Made by a program: the position numbers and the translations under genes. Positions 21,047 to 31,216 of a stretch of 64,000 bases of DNA are shown piece after piece (within the stretch, counting starts at the first letter, position 1; each line of letters opens with the position of its first letter). Origin of the DNA: an uncultured bacterium (GTDB taxonomy: Bacteria > CSSED10-310 > CAZUFC01); assembly GCA_964619725.1 (NCBI GenBank), contig CAZUFC010000001.1, forward strand, positions 1 to 64,000. The letters are read 5' to 3'. The notes beneath the pieces were generated by a model, which had not been told where the DNA came from, made no database searches, and saw nothing but the letters and a program-made list of their open reading frames with translations.

Positions 21047-21760
21047 CTATTCTTCATTCGCCGGAACAGCGATAAAATCTACGAAAACATGGAATCTGTC
21101 TTTATTTCTGAATGCTCCCAGGAATGCTGAGTAGGGTTCGATATTGAAATCAGTAAAATTGAATTCGCCTACTCCCAGGACATGAATCGATCCGTCCTCT
21201 TTTCGTTTAATATTGGCTGAAAATTCTCCGGACTTTTCTTTTCCGTGCAGCGATATTTTTACTTCGGCCTTGTAGTTGAAACTTAAATTTCCCCTTTGCG
21301 ATTTTTCCTGGAAAACGCGGAGAAGCTCAGCTTTGAAGTCCGGAAACCTGGATGAATCGAGCTGTCCGGGGCCAAGCATGGACTTCCTGATTTTTTTCCG
21401 GTCATTTTCATTGACCCCGCGGAACGGTTCATCCTGGATTCCGGCTTCCTTGATGTGCGGAAACCATTTTTCCAGCATGTCCGGTTCGTCGGTTGTGAGA
21501 TTTTCGACGGGAAAGTTGAGTTTGAAAGTAATCTCATCGGGTATTTCATTTTTCCCTTCGGCGGTAATTTGAACCTCGTATTCGGCAGGATACACCAGGT
21601 GATTATGGGCCAATGCAGCGCCTATGCCCGCCTTATGAGTCACCACGGCGAATATGGAACCGTCTCTTTTAACATCGAATCCCCTTTTTTCGCATCTTGC
21701 CGTCTCACCGATACCGAACCATAACGTTAATAGAACTATGATCGCCGCTTTATTCTTCAA
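21047..21760 (-). CDS. YceI-like lipid/polyisoprenoid-binding secreted protein
   Basis: Signal peptide and the motifs [22 protein letters not shown] and [13 protein letters not shown]. Confidence 0.7.
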   Translation of the reverse strand: MKNKAAIIVLLTLWFGIGETARCEKRGFDVKRDGSIFAVVTHKAGIGAALAHNHLVYPAEYEVQITAEGKNEIPDEITFKLNFPVENLTTDEPDMLEKWFPHIKEAGIQDEPFRGVNENDRKKIRKSMLGPGQLDSSRFPDFKAELLRVFQEKSQRGNLSFNYKAEVKISLHGKEKSGEFSANIKRKEDGSIHVLGVGEFNFTDFNIEPYSAFLGAFRNKDRFHVFVDFIAVPANEE

Positions 21761-23279
21761 TGATCCTCCTCAACTCCTCTATTTCCCCCTCCAGTTTTTC
21801 GTTGATTGTCTGCTGCTCCTGCAATGCTCTTGTCAACACAGCTATGGTTTCGTTAAGAGTGACCTGTCTGCCGTTTTTGTTCTCGCCTTCCTCTATAAAG
21901 AATCCATATCGCTCGCTTCCGCCGTCTTCAGAAACAGCGGTTTTCAGGGCTGCCAATTTATTCAGGGCCTTTTCTGCGCTTAATTCGTGATGCGGGCGGT
22001 CATTTTTGAAAAATGAGTTCGGTAAAAAGTCATCGGCCCGAACGATACCCATCACCTGTAATTTATCTCCCGGAGCATCCGTGCCGATACCCACATTTCC
22101 GGTGTGATCAATGATCATCCTTGACAGAAGCAACGTTCCATCTTTTGTATAGAATCTCAGCATTCCGTTATTGACGCCTTGTTGAGCGTCAGTGCTGCAT
22201 AGTATCTTTGCAATGGCATCGTCGGTCTGGCCGGGACGGTTGGAATCATTTATGAAATCTATACCTGCAATAGAATAGGAACCCCCGGACGCGTTTTCCG
22301 CTCCTTCGATTTTCAGAGTCGTTTCCATTCCGTCCATGCTGTTTAAATTTTTCCCTAAAAGCATCCCGTAAGTATTATCGACAACGATATTATGTTTCAT
22401 TGTCCAGTATTCTCCGGTACCGCCCGTATATAATTCGAAGAAGCCTCCGCCCATGCCGTTTCCGTCGAACTTCAGATAACCCTGCTGTTTCTTCGTTCCG
22501 TTGTCGTCTCCGTTGAAAGTGATGATCTTGGCATGCTGGGGATCGCTGGACTCTATTTCTATGCCGCCGAAATCATTGACGAAAACATGCAGGTCCTGGT
22601 CCACGCTGTTGGTTCCTATGCCGACGTCGCCGCCGTCATACCAGATATTCGATCCGTCCTGCTGCCAGTAGGGATCGCCATAGGGACCGGTAGGACCTGC
22701 AGGTCCCGTGGGTCCCGTCGGTCCCTGCGTTCCGGCAGGTCCGGGCGGTCCCGAAGGTCCCTGAGAACCGGGAGGACCGCTGGGGCCGCTCGGTCCAGTC
22801 AATCCCGTGGGGTCTCCAACCCATTGACCCGAACTGTCGATCACCTGACCGTAACCGCTGATGTGAACCGATGACGGATGAATCGCTTCCTCCACCACAT
22901 CCTCCGCATGATACGCCTGACCTACACTCGTCAACGGCTGCCTGGGACTCAACGTCTCGTCTTCCACCTGAATCTCCAGCCAGAACAGACCGTCGAAATT
23001 CATATCAAGCAACGCAACTTCCCCTAATACCACATTGAATAAACCTTCATTTACCGCTATTCCCGGTTGACTCTCCGTCCATAACGGCGCTCCGCCCGAT
23101 GCCTGGTCGAATATCCGGAAAGTAAAATCAAAATTCCCCGTCATCAGAGTCCCCTCAGGACTCGTTAAATGACCCTGATAATTTATCTGATAGGGAATTT
23201 CGGCCGTCGCCGCCGCTGCGAATATCAATAAAAAAATGACCATACCTGCATTGAAAATGACGCTCTTCCTTGAATTCAT
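21750..23279 (-). CDS. Secreted collagen-like/fibre protein
   Basis: RBS and signal peptide, [10 protein letters not shown]-domain, about 15 Gly-X-Y triplets, two VGIGT motifs and a C-terminal coiled coil. Confidence 0.75.
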   Translation of the reverse strand: MNSRKSVIFNAGMVIFLLIFAAAATAEIPYQINYQGHLTSPEGTLMTGNFDFTFRIFDQASGGAPLWTESQPGIAVNEGLFNVVLGEVALLDMNFDGLFWLEIQVEDETLSPRQPLTSVGQAYHAEDVVEEAIHPSSVHISGYGQVIDSSGQWVGDPTGLTGPSGPSGPPGSQGPSGPPGPAGTQGPTGPTGPAGPTGPYGDPYWQQDGSNIWYDGGDVGIGTNSVDQDLHVFVNDFGGIEIESSDPQHAKIITFNGDDNGTKKQQGYLKFDGNGMGGGFFELYTGGTGEYWTMKHNIVVDNTYGMLLGKNLNSMDGMETTLKIEGAENASGGSYSIAGIDFINDSNRPGQTDDAIAKILCSTDAQQGVNNGMLRFYTKDGTLLLSRMIIDHTGNVGIGTDAPGDKLQVMGIVRADDFLPNSFFKNDRPHHELSAEKALNKLAALKTAVSEDGGSERYGFFIEEGENKNGRQVTLNETIAVLTRALQEQQTINEKLEGEIEELRRIIEE

Positions 23280-23599
23280 TATGCCTCCTCCTGCACAATT
23301 TGAGTTAAAAAAAATGACGAAAATCAAAAAGTTACCCGAAAACTCAAAGCCTTAAGAAAAGAATGACTCACCTCCTGTCAAAATAAAAAAATCAGACTTC
23401 CTGCTTTTCCCGGAAATATATTGTAAAACCGGGTCAATGATTACAATATTATTAATAATGCAAAACACCGAAAAGTCAAGCCCGAATCACTCTAGCCGGC
23501 GATTATCCGTAAATTCGTTCAACAGCTTAAATATAATTAAGGCAGGCCTTGAAAATAATCCCGACATGAATAGCAACAGTCCGGCGCATGATTCGGCGA

Positions 23600-23628
23600 T
23601 AGACAAAAAAACTTAGAAAAATTATAAT
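23600..23628 (+). promoter_or_regulatory. Putative sigma70 promoter
   Basis: TAGACA-N17-TATAAT upstream of the ATG at 23694. Confidence 0.65.
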
Positions 23629-23693
23629 TAAAAAGCGTGCCGTTTTCATATTATTATTTTCATTTTTTTGGGTTCAAAAGAAGGGAAGAAGCA

Positions 23694-25892
23694 ATGAATT
23701 TATCGAATGTTGTAAAAGGCATGTTTTTAATTGTTATTTTGTCGGCGACCGCGCTTTTTTCCGGGCATTACGCCGAAGCGACTCAGGAGTATGCTCAGAC
23801 GACAGGCAAGGGTTGCAAATTCTGTCATGCGGAGGGGACTGGAGGACCTTTAAATGAGACAGGATTCGCTTATGCTCGAAACGGATACCGTTATCCGATT
23901 CCTGAACGGATATTGAAAAAGAGCAGGATTCTGCAGTCGCCTTTTCACAAGGTGATACGGTTCATCATCGGTTATATTCATCTTCTGGCGGCTGTGGTAT
24001 TTTTCGGGGCTATATTTTACATACATATCTTCGTAGGACCCCGCCAGTTTCGCGGCGGCATACCACGGCACGAACGCATACTGGGGTTGAGCTGCATGGC
24101 GCTGCTGACGTTTACGGGAGTATATCTGACGTGGGCTCGAATGGACCGGTGGGCTAATTTTTTCAATAATACCTTCGGATTAATGCTATTAATAAAAATA
24201 GTTCTTTTCGTCCTGATGGTCGCCATAGGACTGACAGCCGTAACGATCATTCACCGGAAAATGAAAAAAGAAGCGGAAATGCCTCTACCGGCATCAGAAG
24301 GAAAAACGCCGGCGACCTTGGCGGAACTGCGAAAATTCGACGGGCAGGAGGGACGTAAGGCGTATTTCGCTCATGAGGGTAAGGTATATGATGTAACGGG
24401 AAATCAGAAGTGGAAGGGAGGACGCCATTTCGGCAAACATAACGCGGGCGAGGACCTGACGAATGCGATGAATACTGCGCCGCATGGTAAGGAGGTATTA
24501 AACAGGGTGGAATCCAAGGGAGAATTGGGAGCGGCAGGAGCAGTTCAGGAATCCGAGAGCAAGGCGAAAAGGATTTTCGTCGTAATGGCGTATGTCAATT
24601 TAATCGTTATATTTCTTATACTGGCTTGCATCAGCGTCTGGCGTTGGGATTTGCCATTGGGATTTAATTATCAAGAAGCAGGAATGATTGCAGGCGTCTC
24701 CGCGGCAGAGGTCAAAAATTGCGTAGATTGTCATGAGAACAAGACTCCCGGCATATACCATGACTGGCGGCAGAGCGTGCATTCTTCAGTAGGGGTCGAC
24801 TGTTATGATTGCCATAAGCCGGATGTGGAAGCGCCCATTGTCAGCCTTTCGCATCTGGAGCACTCGAAAACCGAGGTTTCTCTGGTTGTGACGCCGAAAC
24901 GGTGCAGCGGCTGCCATCCGAAAGAGGCGGAAGAATATGCCCGGAGCAAGCATGCGCACACGCTTGAGATTATCTGGAGCGTCGACAAGTGGCTTCAGGA
25001 CGGCATGAACAACGCCGTAGAGAGGACGACGGGGTGCTATTCATGCCACGGCTCAGTCGTTGAAATTGAAGACGGGCGTCCCGTGGCGGGAACGTGGCCC
25101 AATGTCGGCGTGGGACGAAAGAATCCCGACGGATCATTGGGAAGCTGCAGCAGTTGCCATACCCGGCACCTGTTTTCCTCTGCTGAAGCCCGAAAACCGG
25201 AAGCCTGCGATCAATGCCATCTGGGACCGGACCACCCGCAAATAGAAATCTACAACGAATCGAAACACGGAACCATATACCATGCCCAGGGAGATCAATG
25301 GAACTGGCGGCCGGAGAACCGCGCGTGGAAACCCGGCGAGGACTACAGAGCCCCGACATGCGCTGTATGCCATATCTCAGCCGTAGGAGACGTGAAAAGA
25401 ACGCACGATCAAACCGAACGGCTCTCCTGGGAAACGCAAGCCCCCCTGACCGTCAGACCAGCCGATTTTAAGGCTTTCCCGGCAGGTACCGACTGGCGGC
25501 AAGAGCGCAACAAAATGAAACATATCTGTCTTCAGTGCCACTCCGTCAACTGGACAGAAGATCATTTCGACAACCTGGATAATGTGATACACAACTATAA
25601 TGAAGTTTATTTCGTCCCCGTTAAAAGCAGAATCGACGAATTGTACGACAATGGACTGTTGTCCCGTGAAAAATATTTTGACGAACCCTTGGAATGGGAA
25701 TTCTACGAATTCTGGCATCATGAGGGAAGAAGGGCCCGTATGGGAGCGGCCATGATGGCGCCTGACTACGCCTGGTGGCACGGTTTCTACGAAATGAAGC
25801 ACAGGTTCACTCATATCATGCATGCTTGCGATATACTAGAATCCACAAAAAATTCCGTCAGATTTGAAAATTTCCCCGGCAGACACGAATAA
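23694..25892 (+). CDS. Multiheme cytochrome c of the HAO/octaheme family fused to a monoheme domain, TM helices and a cytochrome b5-like domain
   Basis: Nine CxxCH motifs (1+8). CHTRH, CHLGPDHPQ, ESKHG, APTCAVCH, HHEGRRAR and APDYAWWHG motifs. b5-like GKVYDVT...H.AG.DLT...APHG. Confidence 0.85.
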   Translation: MNLSNVVKGMFLIVILSATALFSGHYAEATQEYAQTTGKGCKFCHAEGTGGPLNETGFAYARNGYRYPIPERILKKSRILQSPFHKVIRFIIGYIHLLAAVVFFGAIFYIHIFVGPRQFRGGIPRHERILGLSCMALLTFTGVYLTWARMDRWANFFNNTFGLMLLIKIVLFVLMVAIGLTAVTIIHRKMKKEAEMPLPASEGKTPATLAELRKFDGQEGRKAYFAHEGKVYDVTGNQKWKGGRHFGKHNAGEDLTNAMNTAPHGKEVLNRVESKGELGAAGAVQESESKAKRIFVVMAYVNLIVIFLILACISVWRWDLPLGFNYQEAGMIAGVSAAEVKNCVDCHENKTPGIYHDWRQSVHSSVGVDCYDCHKPDVEAPIVSLSHLEHSKTEVSLVVTPKRCSGCHPKEAEEYARSKHAHTLEIIWSVDKWLQDGMNNAVERTTGCYSCHGSVVEIEDGRPVAGTWPNVGVGRKNPDGSLGSCSSCHTRHLFSSAEARKPEACDQCHLGPDHPQIEIYNESKHGTIYHAQGDQWNWRPENRAWKPGEDYRAPTCAVCHISAVGDVKRTHDQTERLSWETQAPLTVRPADFKAFPAGTDWRQERNKMKHICLQCHSVNWTEDHFDNLDNVIHNYNEVYFVPVKSRIDELYDNGLLSREKYFDEPLEWEFYEFWHHEGRRARMGAAMMAPDYAWWHGFYEMKHRFTHIMHACDILESTKNSVRFENFPGRHE

Positions 25893-25931
25893 AACATCAG
25901 CGACCTTCTAAATAAAGCCTGGCTGAATACC

Positions 25932-26114
25932 TGACCCGGATTTCTCCGACAAAATCGTAGCGAGAGCGTTCAGATTCCCGCAAATTAAGACGTGGCGGAC
26001 TGAAGGTCTGCGGAAACATGGCAGCTCGCTGTTGAGCAAGTTCGTAAAGAGCATCCCTTGAAGGCGCCGAAATATGGACGCTAGTAATAGGTTTTGTATG
26101 AAAAATGCAGGACA
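25932..26114. mobile_element. Palindromic MITE/REP-like element family C, copy 1
   Basis: Homologous to 45982-46131. Nested inverted repeats CCGGATTT..ACAAA/TTTGT..AAAT and GCGTTCAGAT/ATATGGACGC. Confidence 0.6.
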
Positions 26115-26151
26115 TATACTCCAAACCAAAAATTGACCTCAGCAAAGCGTT

Positions 26152-26793
26152 ACTGGGAGCGCAGGCTTCCAGCCTGCTTGAGCAAAACTTTACTTTAGCG
26201 CAAAAATATACTTTCAATGCCCTGAGAAGGTTCATGAGGTTATTCTTTACGGCGAACCGCATTGCCGATGGGTTTAATTTTTTATCCAGTCTTTTTCGAC
26301 TCGAACGCCGAAGGTTAATTATTCGGGCGATTGTCTGATTGTCGCCCGGGAATCAATCGGGGCCGATCCTTAAACATTATCGATGCCAAGGCAGGCTGGA
26401 AGCCTGCGATCCCAGTATCTGTCATTCCGACTTGTTCGGCTTATTGCTATACGCTTGGGGCTGGCCATGGAGGGGTACTATTCAATTCTCATTGATGACT
26501 TTTCACTGGGAGCGCAGGCTTCCAGCCTGCTTGAGCAAAACTTTACTTTAGCGCAAAAATATACTTTCAATGCCCTGAGAAGGTTCATGAGGTTATTCTT
26601 TACGGCGAACCGCATTGCCGATGGGTTTAATTTTTTATCCAGTCTTTTTCGACTCGAACGCCGAAGGTTAATTATTCGGGCGATTGTCTGATTGTCGCCC
26701 GGGAATCAATCGGGGCCGATCCTTAAACATTATCGATGCCAAGGCAGGCTGGAAGCCTGCGATCCCAGTATCTGTCATCCAGATTTGTTCGGC
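26152..26793. repeat. REP doublets (REPIN/BIME-like), two ~290-bp copies at 353-bp period
   Basis: ACTGGGAGCGCAGGCTTCCAGCCTGC at 26152 and 26505. Inverted GCAGGCTGGAAGCCTGCGATCCCAGT at 26391 and 26744. Confidence 0.9.
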
Positions 26794-26838
26794 TCTGAGC
26801 AATGCTCTTCTTGCCCCACTGTTCCATTCTTAATGAAT

Positions 26839-27468
26839 TCAATCCGGCTTTTTTCTATATGCGCTTCCGAATCTCCAGTCTTCAATCCTTTCCACCAATC
26901 CTGCCTTTACTGCGTTCGTCTCTATGTAATATTTCGTGTTCCTGAAATGTTTCTCATCTCTGATGTAACGATCGTAATAGTCCTTGTGCCAGAAACTTCC
27001 TGTTCTGTTTAAAACTTTATTAGCTTGATTTGCTGTGTATGAACGCCAGGAATGGATTATCTTTGAGAGAGAATTCCCCGATAAAACTGTTATTAATGCG
27101 TGAACATGATTCGGCATGATGATCCAGGAATGCTGTCTGTATCTTTCTCCGTTAAAATGTAGTAAAGCGTTTTGCACTATCTCGGCTATTTCAGGATTCT
27201 GCAGCCAACAATTCCCTCTACATTTATCCAGATATTTTTCTATTTTCGCATACAGCATCATCTTCGCCTTATGCTTTTCAACCACTTCCATCTGTTCAAT
27301 CCACATCCTGAGCAGCCTTTCCGGAATCGAATCATGTAACCTGAAAGTAATGAACTGTATGACATCTCCTCCATCATAATGCGGCAAATAACCTCTGTAA
27401 TGCCATCCTTTGTGTTCTTCATCATGCTCTTTTTTAAATTTCATCTCTCTTATTGACTCTTTTTCCAA
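26839..27468 (-). CDS. REP-associated tyrosine (HUH/Y1) transposase, RAYT
   Basis: RGYLPH, FITFRLHDS, IMPNHVH (HUH), FW...YYDRYIRDE, YIETN.VKAGL and W.FGS motifs, with adjacent REPs. Confidence 0.9.
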   Translation of the reverse strand: MEKESIREMKFKKEHDEEHKGWHYRGYLPHYDGGDVIQFITFRLHDSIPERLLRMWIEQMEVVEKHKAKMMLYAKIEKYLDKCRGNCWLQNPEIAEIVQNALLHFNGERYRQHSWIIMPNHVHALITVLSGNSLSKIIHSWRSYTANQANKVLNRTGSFWHKDYYDRYIRDEKHFRNTKYYIETNAVKAGLVERIEDWRFGSAYRKKPD

Positions 27469-27707
27469 CTATAAATTTTTACTGTCTTATTTAAGACTTT
27501 TCTCAGCACTCTTTTGTCCCCGAATAATTTCAGTAAATCACTGTCGTTTGTCCAGCATGAAACTTTAAATCATTATTCCCGTTTTTTGACCATTACGAAC
27601 TGGTCGATTTTCAGCTTCTCGTATGGGAATTAACCGGGATCGTTCCTTAACGCTTGTCTATACGAAGGCAGGCTTCCTGCCTGCTCGATCAAAACTGTTT
27701 GTTAATA

Positions 27708-29801
27708 TCACGGCTGCAACCCCACCTGGTCGGCCATAAAGGCCCATAAGTCCGTCAGTTGTTCTATTCTTACCGAAAGGGTCGTTCCTCCGGCGTGTCC
27801 GGAGGCTTTTCTTACCAGCAGCAGGATGGGATATCCGTTTGGATCGGCTTCCTGCATCCTGGCTGCGGTTTTTCTTGCGTGGAGGGGTTCTACCCTGGCA
27901 TCGTTCTCAGCCGCAATGAAGAGAATGGCCGGATATTTTCTTCCGTATCTTATGTTGTGATACGGCGAGTATTCCAGCAGGTATCTGAACTGTTCCTTGT
28001 CTTCGGCCGTTCCATATTCTCCGGCATAGGCTTCGGCTACTCCGAACTTATGATATCGGACCATATCCAGCAGGGGATTTTCGCTGACTACGGCTTTAAA
28101 GAGATCAGGGCGTTGCACGGCCGCGGCGCCGGCCAGAAGTCCCCCGTTGCTTGATCCATAGACGGCCAGTTTTTCAGGTTTGGTATAGCCTTGCTCTATC
28201 AGCCATTCCGCTGCTGAAATAAAATCGTCAAATGTATTCTGCTTATTTTCCAGCATTCCCGCCTGATGCCATTCTTCGCCGTATTCCCCGCCGCCTCGCA
28301 GGTTGGGAATCGCTGCCATTCCGCCGGCTTCCAACCACAAGTAATACATCACAGAAAAATGGGGAGTTTCAGAAACATTGAATCCTCCATAACCGTATAA
28401 AAGAACAGGATTTTCTCCTTGCTTTTCTGTTTCTTTATGATGAATTAGAAACATGGATATGCTTGTTCCGTCTTTTGATTCGTACCAGACCTGATCGGTC
28501 TCGTATGATTCCATATCGACCTCAACCGGAAATTTCCGGTACAGTTCAAGCTCATTTTTATCAAAATGATATTTGAAGGTCGTTGCGGGATAAGTGTAAG
28601 AGGTAAACCGCAGCCAGACGTCCGGTTTCGACCAGAAACCGCTTACGCCCGCCGTCCCGATTCCGGGAAGATTCAAATCCCTGATATGCTTGCCCACCAG
28701 CGAATAAATCCTGATCAGGGTGTATGCGTTATGATTATATACGGCATAGATATGTCCCGCCACCGGATTGATATAAGAGAGTTTGTCCTCTTCTTCCGGC
28801 AGGAATTCCTTCCAATGCTCTCGTTCCGGCTTATCGACATCAGTAACGTAAACCTTGTATCGCGGAGCGTCCGAATCCGTCGTAATGAAAATTTTATCCT
28901 CAACGACATCCGCAGAATAGGATGCATCAAATCCCGTCGCCAGGGGAGTCTTGCGGTCCTCCTCACCCGGCTTTCCCAGAAAAACTTCGTTTTTACCATG
29001 ATGATACCTGTAATAAATTACATGCTCGCCGTCCTCGGAGACAAAAGCGCTGTGGTAATAATCCTTTTTTTCGCCGTGAGAGAATATTTTTTTATCATGA
29101 GAAGCCGGAGCGCCCAGTTCATGGCGATAAACGGCATGCCAGAAATATTCTTCACCTTCGGGAACTTCACCTTTGAGGGGATGAGCCCAGTAATAGAAAC
29201 CTTTATTGCCGGGCAGCCAGGATATGACTCTCTGTTTCCACCCCCGCAGCCTGTCCGGCAATATTTTTCCCGTGTCCGTATCCATAATGCAAGCGACCGC
29301 GTTTTCATCGCCGCCCCTGGCTTTGCCGTATGCGACATATCTGCCGTCACGCGAAGGTTTGACGAAATCGAGCGTTTCTTCGGCATCCCATTTGTTCGGG
29401 TCCAGAAGCGTCTCAGCCGTTGCGTCCTCCCCTTTTTTCATATTGTAAACCCACTTTTCGTCATCCTTCTTCCTGGACCAGAAAAACAGCCGATCGCCTT
29501 CTATGACCTCCGAAGGGGTCGACTGGTCGTCATATCGCATCAGGCGATTCATCCCCCTGATCCACCATTCACGCTGCAATATGGAATCAAGATGTGTTCG
29601 GGCCATTTTCCGCTGCGCTTCAGTCCACTCCTGTACGGCAGGGTCCTCATCCTCCTCCAGTCGCCGGTAATGATCCATGAGCCGCGTTCCATGCACGACT
29701 TCCAGCGTCCCTTCCGCATCGAAAACCGGATATCGAGTCTCCCCGAAAACCGCAGGCGAAAAGCATAAAACCGTTATTAAAATGATTACTCGCTTTCTCA
29801 T
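27708..29801 (-). CDS. Prolyl oligopeptidase (S9A), secreted
   Basis: YGYGGF, NLRGGGEYG, GSSNGG (Ser), NDARV (Asp) and SGH (His) motifs, plus a signal peptide. Confidence 0.93.
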   Translation of the reverse strand: MRKRVIILITVLCFSPAVFGETRYPVFDAEGTLEVVHGTRLMDHYRRLEEDEDPAVQEWTEAQRKMARTHLDSILQREWWIRGMNRLMRYDDQSTPSEVIEGDRLFFWSRKKDDEKWVYNMKKGEDATAETLLDPNKWDAEETLDFVKPSRDGRYVAYGKARGGDENAVACIMDTDTGKILPDRLRGWKQRVISWLPGNKGFYYWAHPLKGEVPEGEEYFWHAVYRHELGAPASHDKKIFSHGEKKDYYHSAFVSEDGEHVIYYRYHHGKNEVFLGKPGEEDRKTPLATGFDASYSADVVEDKIFITTDSDAPRYKVYVTDVDKPEREHWKEFLPEEEDKLSYINPVAGHIYAVYNHNAYTLIRIYSLVGKHIRDLNLPGIGTAGVSGFWSKPDVWLRFTSYTYPATTFKYHFDKNELELYRKFPVEVDMESYETDQVWYESKDGTSISMFLIHHKETEKQGENPVLLYGYGGFNVSETPHFSVMYYLWLEAGGMAAIPNLRGGGEYGEEWHQAGMLENKQNTFDDFISAAEWLIEQGYTKPEKLAVYGSSNGGLLAGAAAVQRPDLFKAVVSENPLLDMVRYHKFGVAEAYAGEYGTAEDKEQFRYLLEYSPYHNIRYGRKYPAILFIAAENDARVEPLHARKTAARMQEADPNGYPILLLVRKASGHAGGTTLSVRIEQLTDLWAFMADQVGLQP

Positions 29802-29945
29802 AAATTCACTCCTCTGAATGTTACGGAATAAGTTGTTTCCTTTCTCGAACGAATACGCCAAAAGAAGTATAAAACGATTTTCAGGGAATGTTCAAATGGT
29901 CAGCAGAACCTTCTCCTGCGCGGATTCCGGGTTTTTGCCGATTAT

Positions 29946-30392
29946 TTGACAGGGGCATTTTTCATACTTGCGAATGAACTGTTTTCCTTTTCACTGAGAC
30001 GCAGGATGATGAACGCTAACAAAGTATACCTGATTGATACCGGTTTTTTGACATTAGCGCAATCTTTCTCTGGAAATAAAGGAAAGGTTCTGGAAAATGC
30101 AGCGGCTATTGAATTTTTCCGTAGAAGGAGGGAATTTTATTATTACAGGAGAAAAAAAGAATGCGCTTTTATACTAAAAAGGGAGAGCCGGGCGGAAATG
30201 GCCGTTCAGGTATGCTGCTCCCTGGAAACATATAATGAAGAGAGAGAGTTTAAGGGTTTGTCGGAAGCGATGGAGAGTTTCGATATTCATAAAGGCATAG
30301 TTTTGACGTATCAGCAGGAAGAGGTCTGCCGCTATAAAGGCAGGGAAATAAGAGTCGTCCCGTTATGGAAATACCTGCTTCATCATGCGTAG
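29946..30392 (+). pseudogene. Remnant of AAA+ ATPase/DUF4143 gene (C-terminal part only)
   Basis: KVYLIDTG, LEN, ECAF (usually ECDF), QVC and IRVVPLWKYLL motifs. There is no Walker A region and no good start. Confidence 0.65.
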
Positions 30393-31210
30393 CTGTGAAG
30401 TCCTTTAAAAACAGATAGGTAATTGACTCCCAGGTAGGTAAAAATAACGAAAAGGAAGCCTATGATGGAGATGACGGCCAGTTTTTTGCCTCCCCAGCCT
30501 CTGGTGACTCTTGCATGGAGGAAAATAGCGTAAACGAACCAGGTGACCAGGGACCAGACTTCTTTAGGGTCCCAGCCCCAGTAGCGTCCCCAGGCTTTGT
30601 AGGCCCAGGCGGAGCCGGAAATAATTCCCAGGGTGAGCATTAAAAAGCCGACCACCACGGTGTGATGCATGATCCTGTCCAGGTTTACGCCGGCTTTTTC
30701 ATCGTCTTTGTCCAGATGTTTGCCTTTTATCAGACTGATAATGGCGGCGATGAATGCAGCAGCAAAGGCAGCGTAACTTAAAAAACATGTCACTACGTGA
30801 AATAGCAGCCAGTTGGATTTCAGCGCCGGCATCAGGGGCCTTATTTCCGCATCCGCTCCCGGAATAAAAGTAGTCGCTGCAATGGCCAGGGCGCTTAAAG
30901 GCATAATGAACCCCCCCAACCGCCTTAATTTAAGTTTCTTCTCGAATATCAGGAATACCACTGTTATGGACCAGGAAAAGAAAATAAAAGATTCATACCT
31001 GTTGGACAGCGGAGCGTGACCGTACCCTACCTGGTAGCTTCTGATCCAACGGTAAATCAGGCTTCCGGTATGAATGACGAAACCCGTCCATACGACCGGC
31101 ATGGCGAAACTTTTCTTTTTATCCTTCTTCTGGAAGAATTCGTATAAAAAAATGAATGCAGCAAGCATGTAAAAAAGCATAGCGATTTGGTTTAAGGTAG
31201 AATCATCCAT
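30383..31210 (-). CDS. ccsA: System II cytochrome c biogenesis protein CcsA/ResC
   Basis: GHAPLSN.YES, PALKSNWL..HV, WWD domain WA..AWGRYWGWDPKE.W, and GLHSY motifs. Confidence 0.95.
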   Translation of the reverse strand: MDDSTLNQIAMLFYMLAAFIFLYEFFQKKDKKKSFAMPVVWTGFVIHTGSLIYRWIRSYQVGYGHAPLSNRYESFIFFSWSITVVFLIFEKKLKLRRLGGFIMPLSALAIAATTFIPGADAEIRPLMPALKSNWLLFHVVTCFLSYAAFAAAFIAAIISLIKGKHLDKDDEKAGVNLDRIMHHTVVVGFLMLTLGIISGSAWAYKAWGRYWGWDPKEVWSLVTWFVYAIFLHARVTRGWGGKKLAVISIIGFLFVIFTYLGVNYLSVFKGLHSYA

Positions 31211-31216
31211 CTGTTC

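Noticed and set aside
21750-23279. Prophage tail fibre
   Set aside because: It has a signal peptide, and there are no phage structural or integrase genes nearby.
23694-25892. Evidence for ammonia oxidation or anammox
   Set aside because: HAO-family octahemes are widespread in anaerobes, and no amo, hzs or cycAB genes are present here.
25897-27012. Duplicated small ORFs next to the RAYT
   Set aside because: They lie within the REP doublet duplication and show no coding features.
28566-29768. 400-aa + strand ORF
   Set aside because: It is an antisense shadow of the prolyl oligopeptidase. The many other nested ORFs in the track were dismissed for the same reason.
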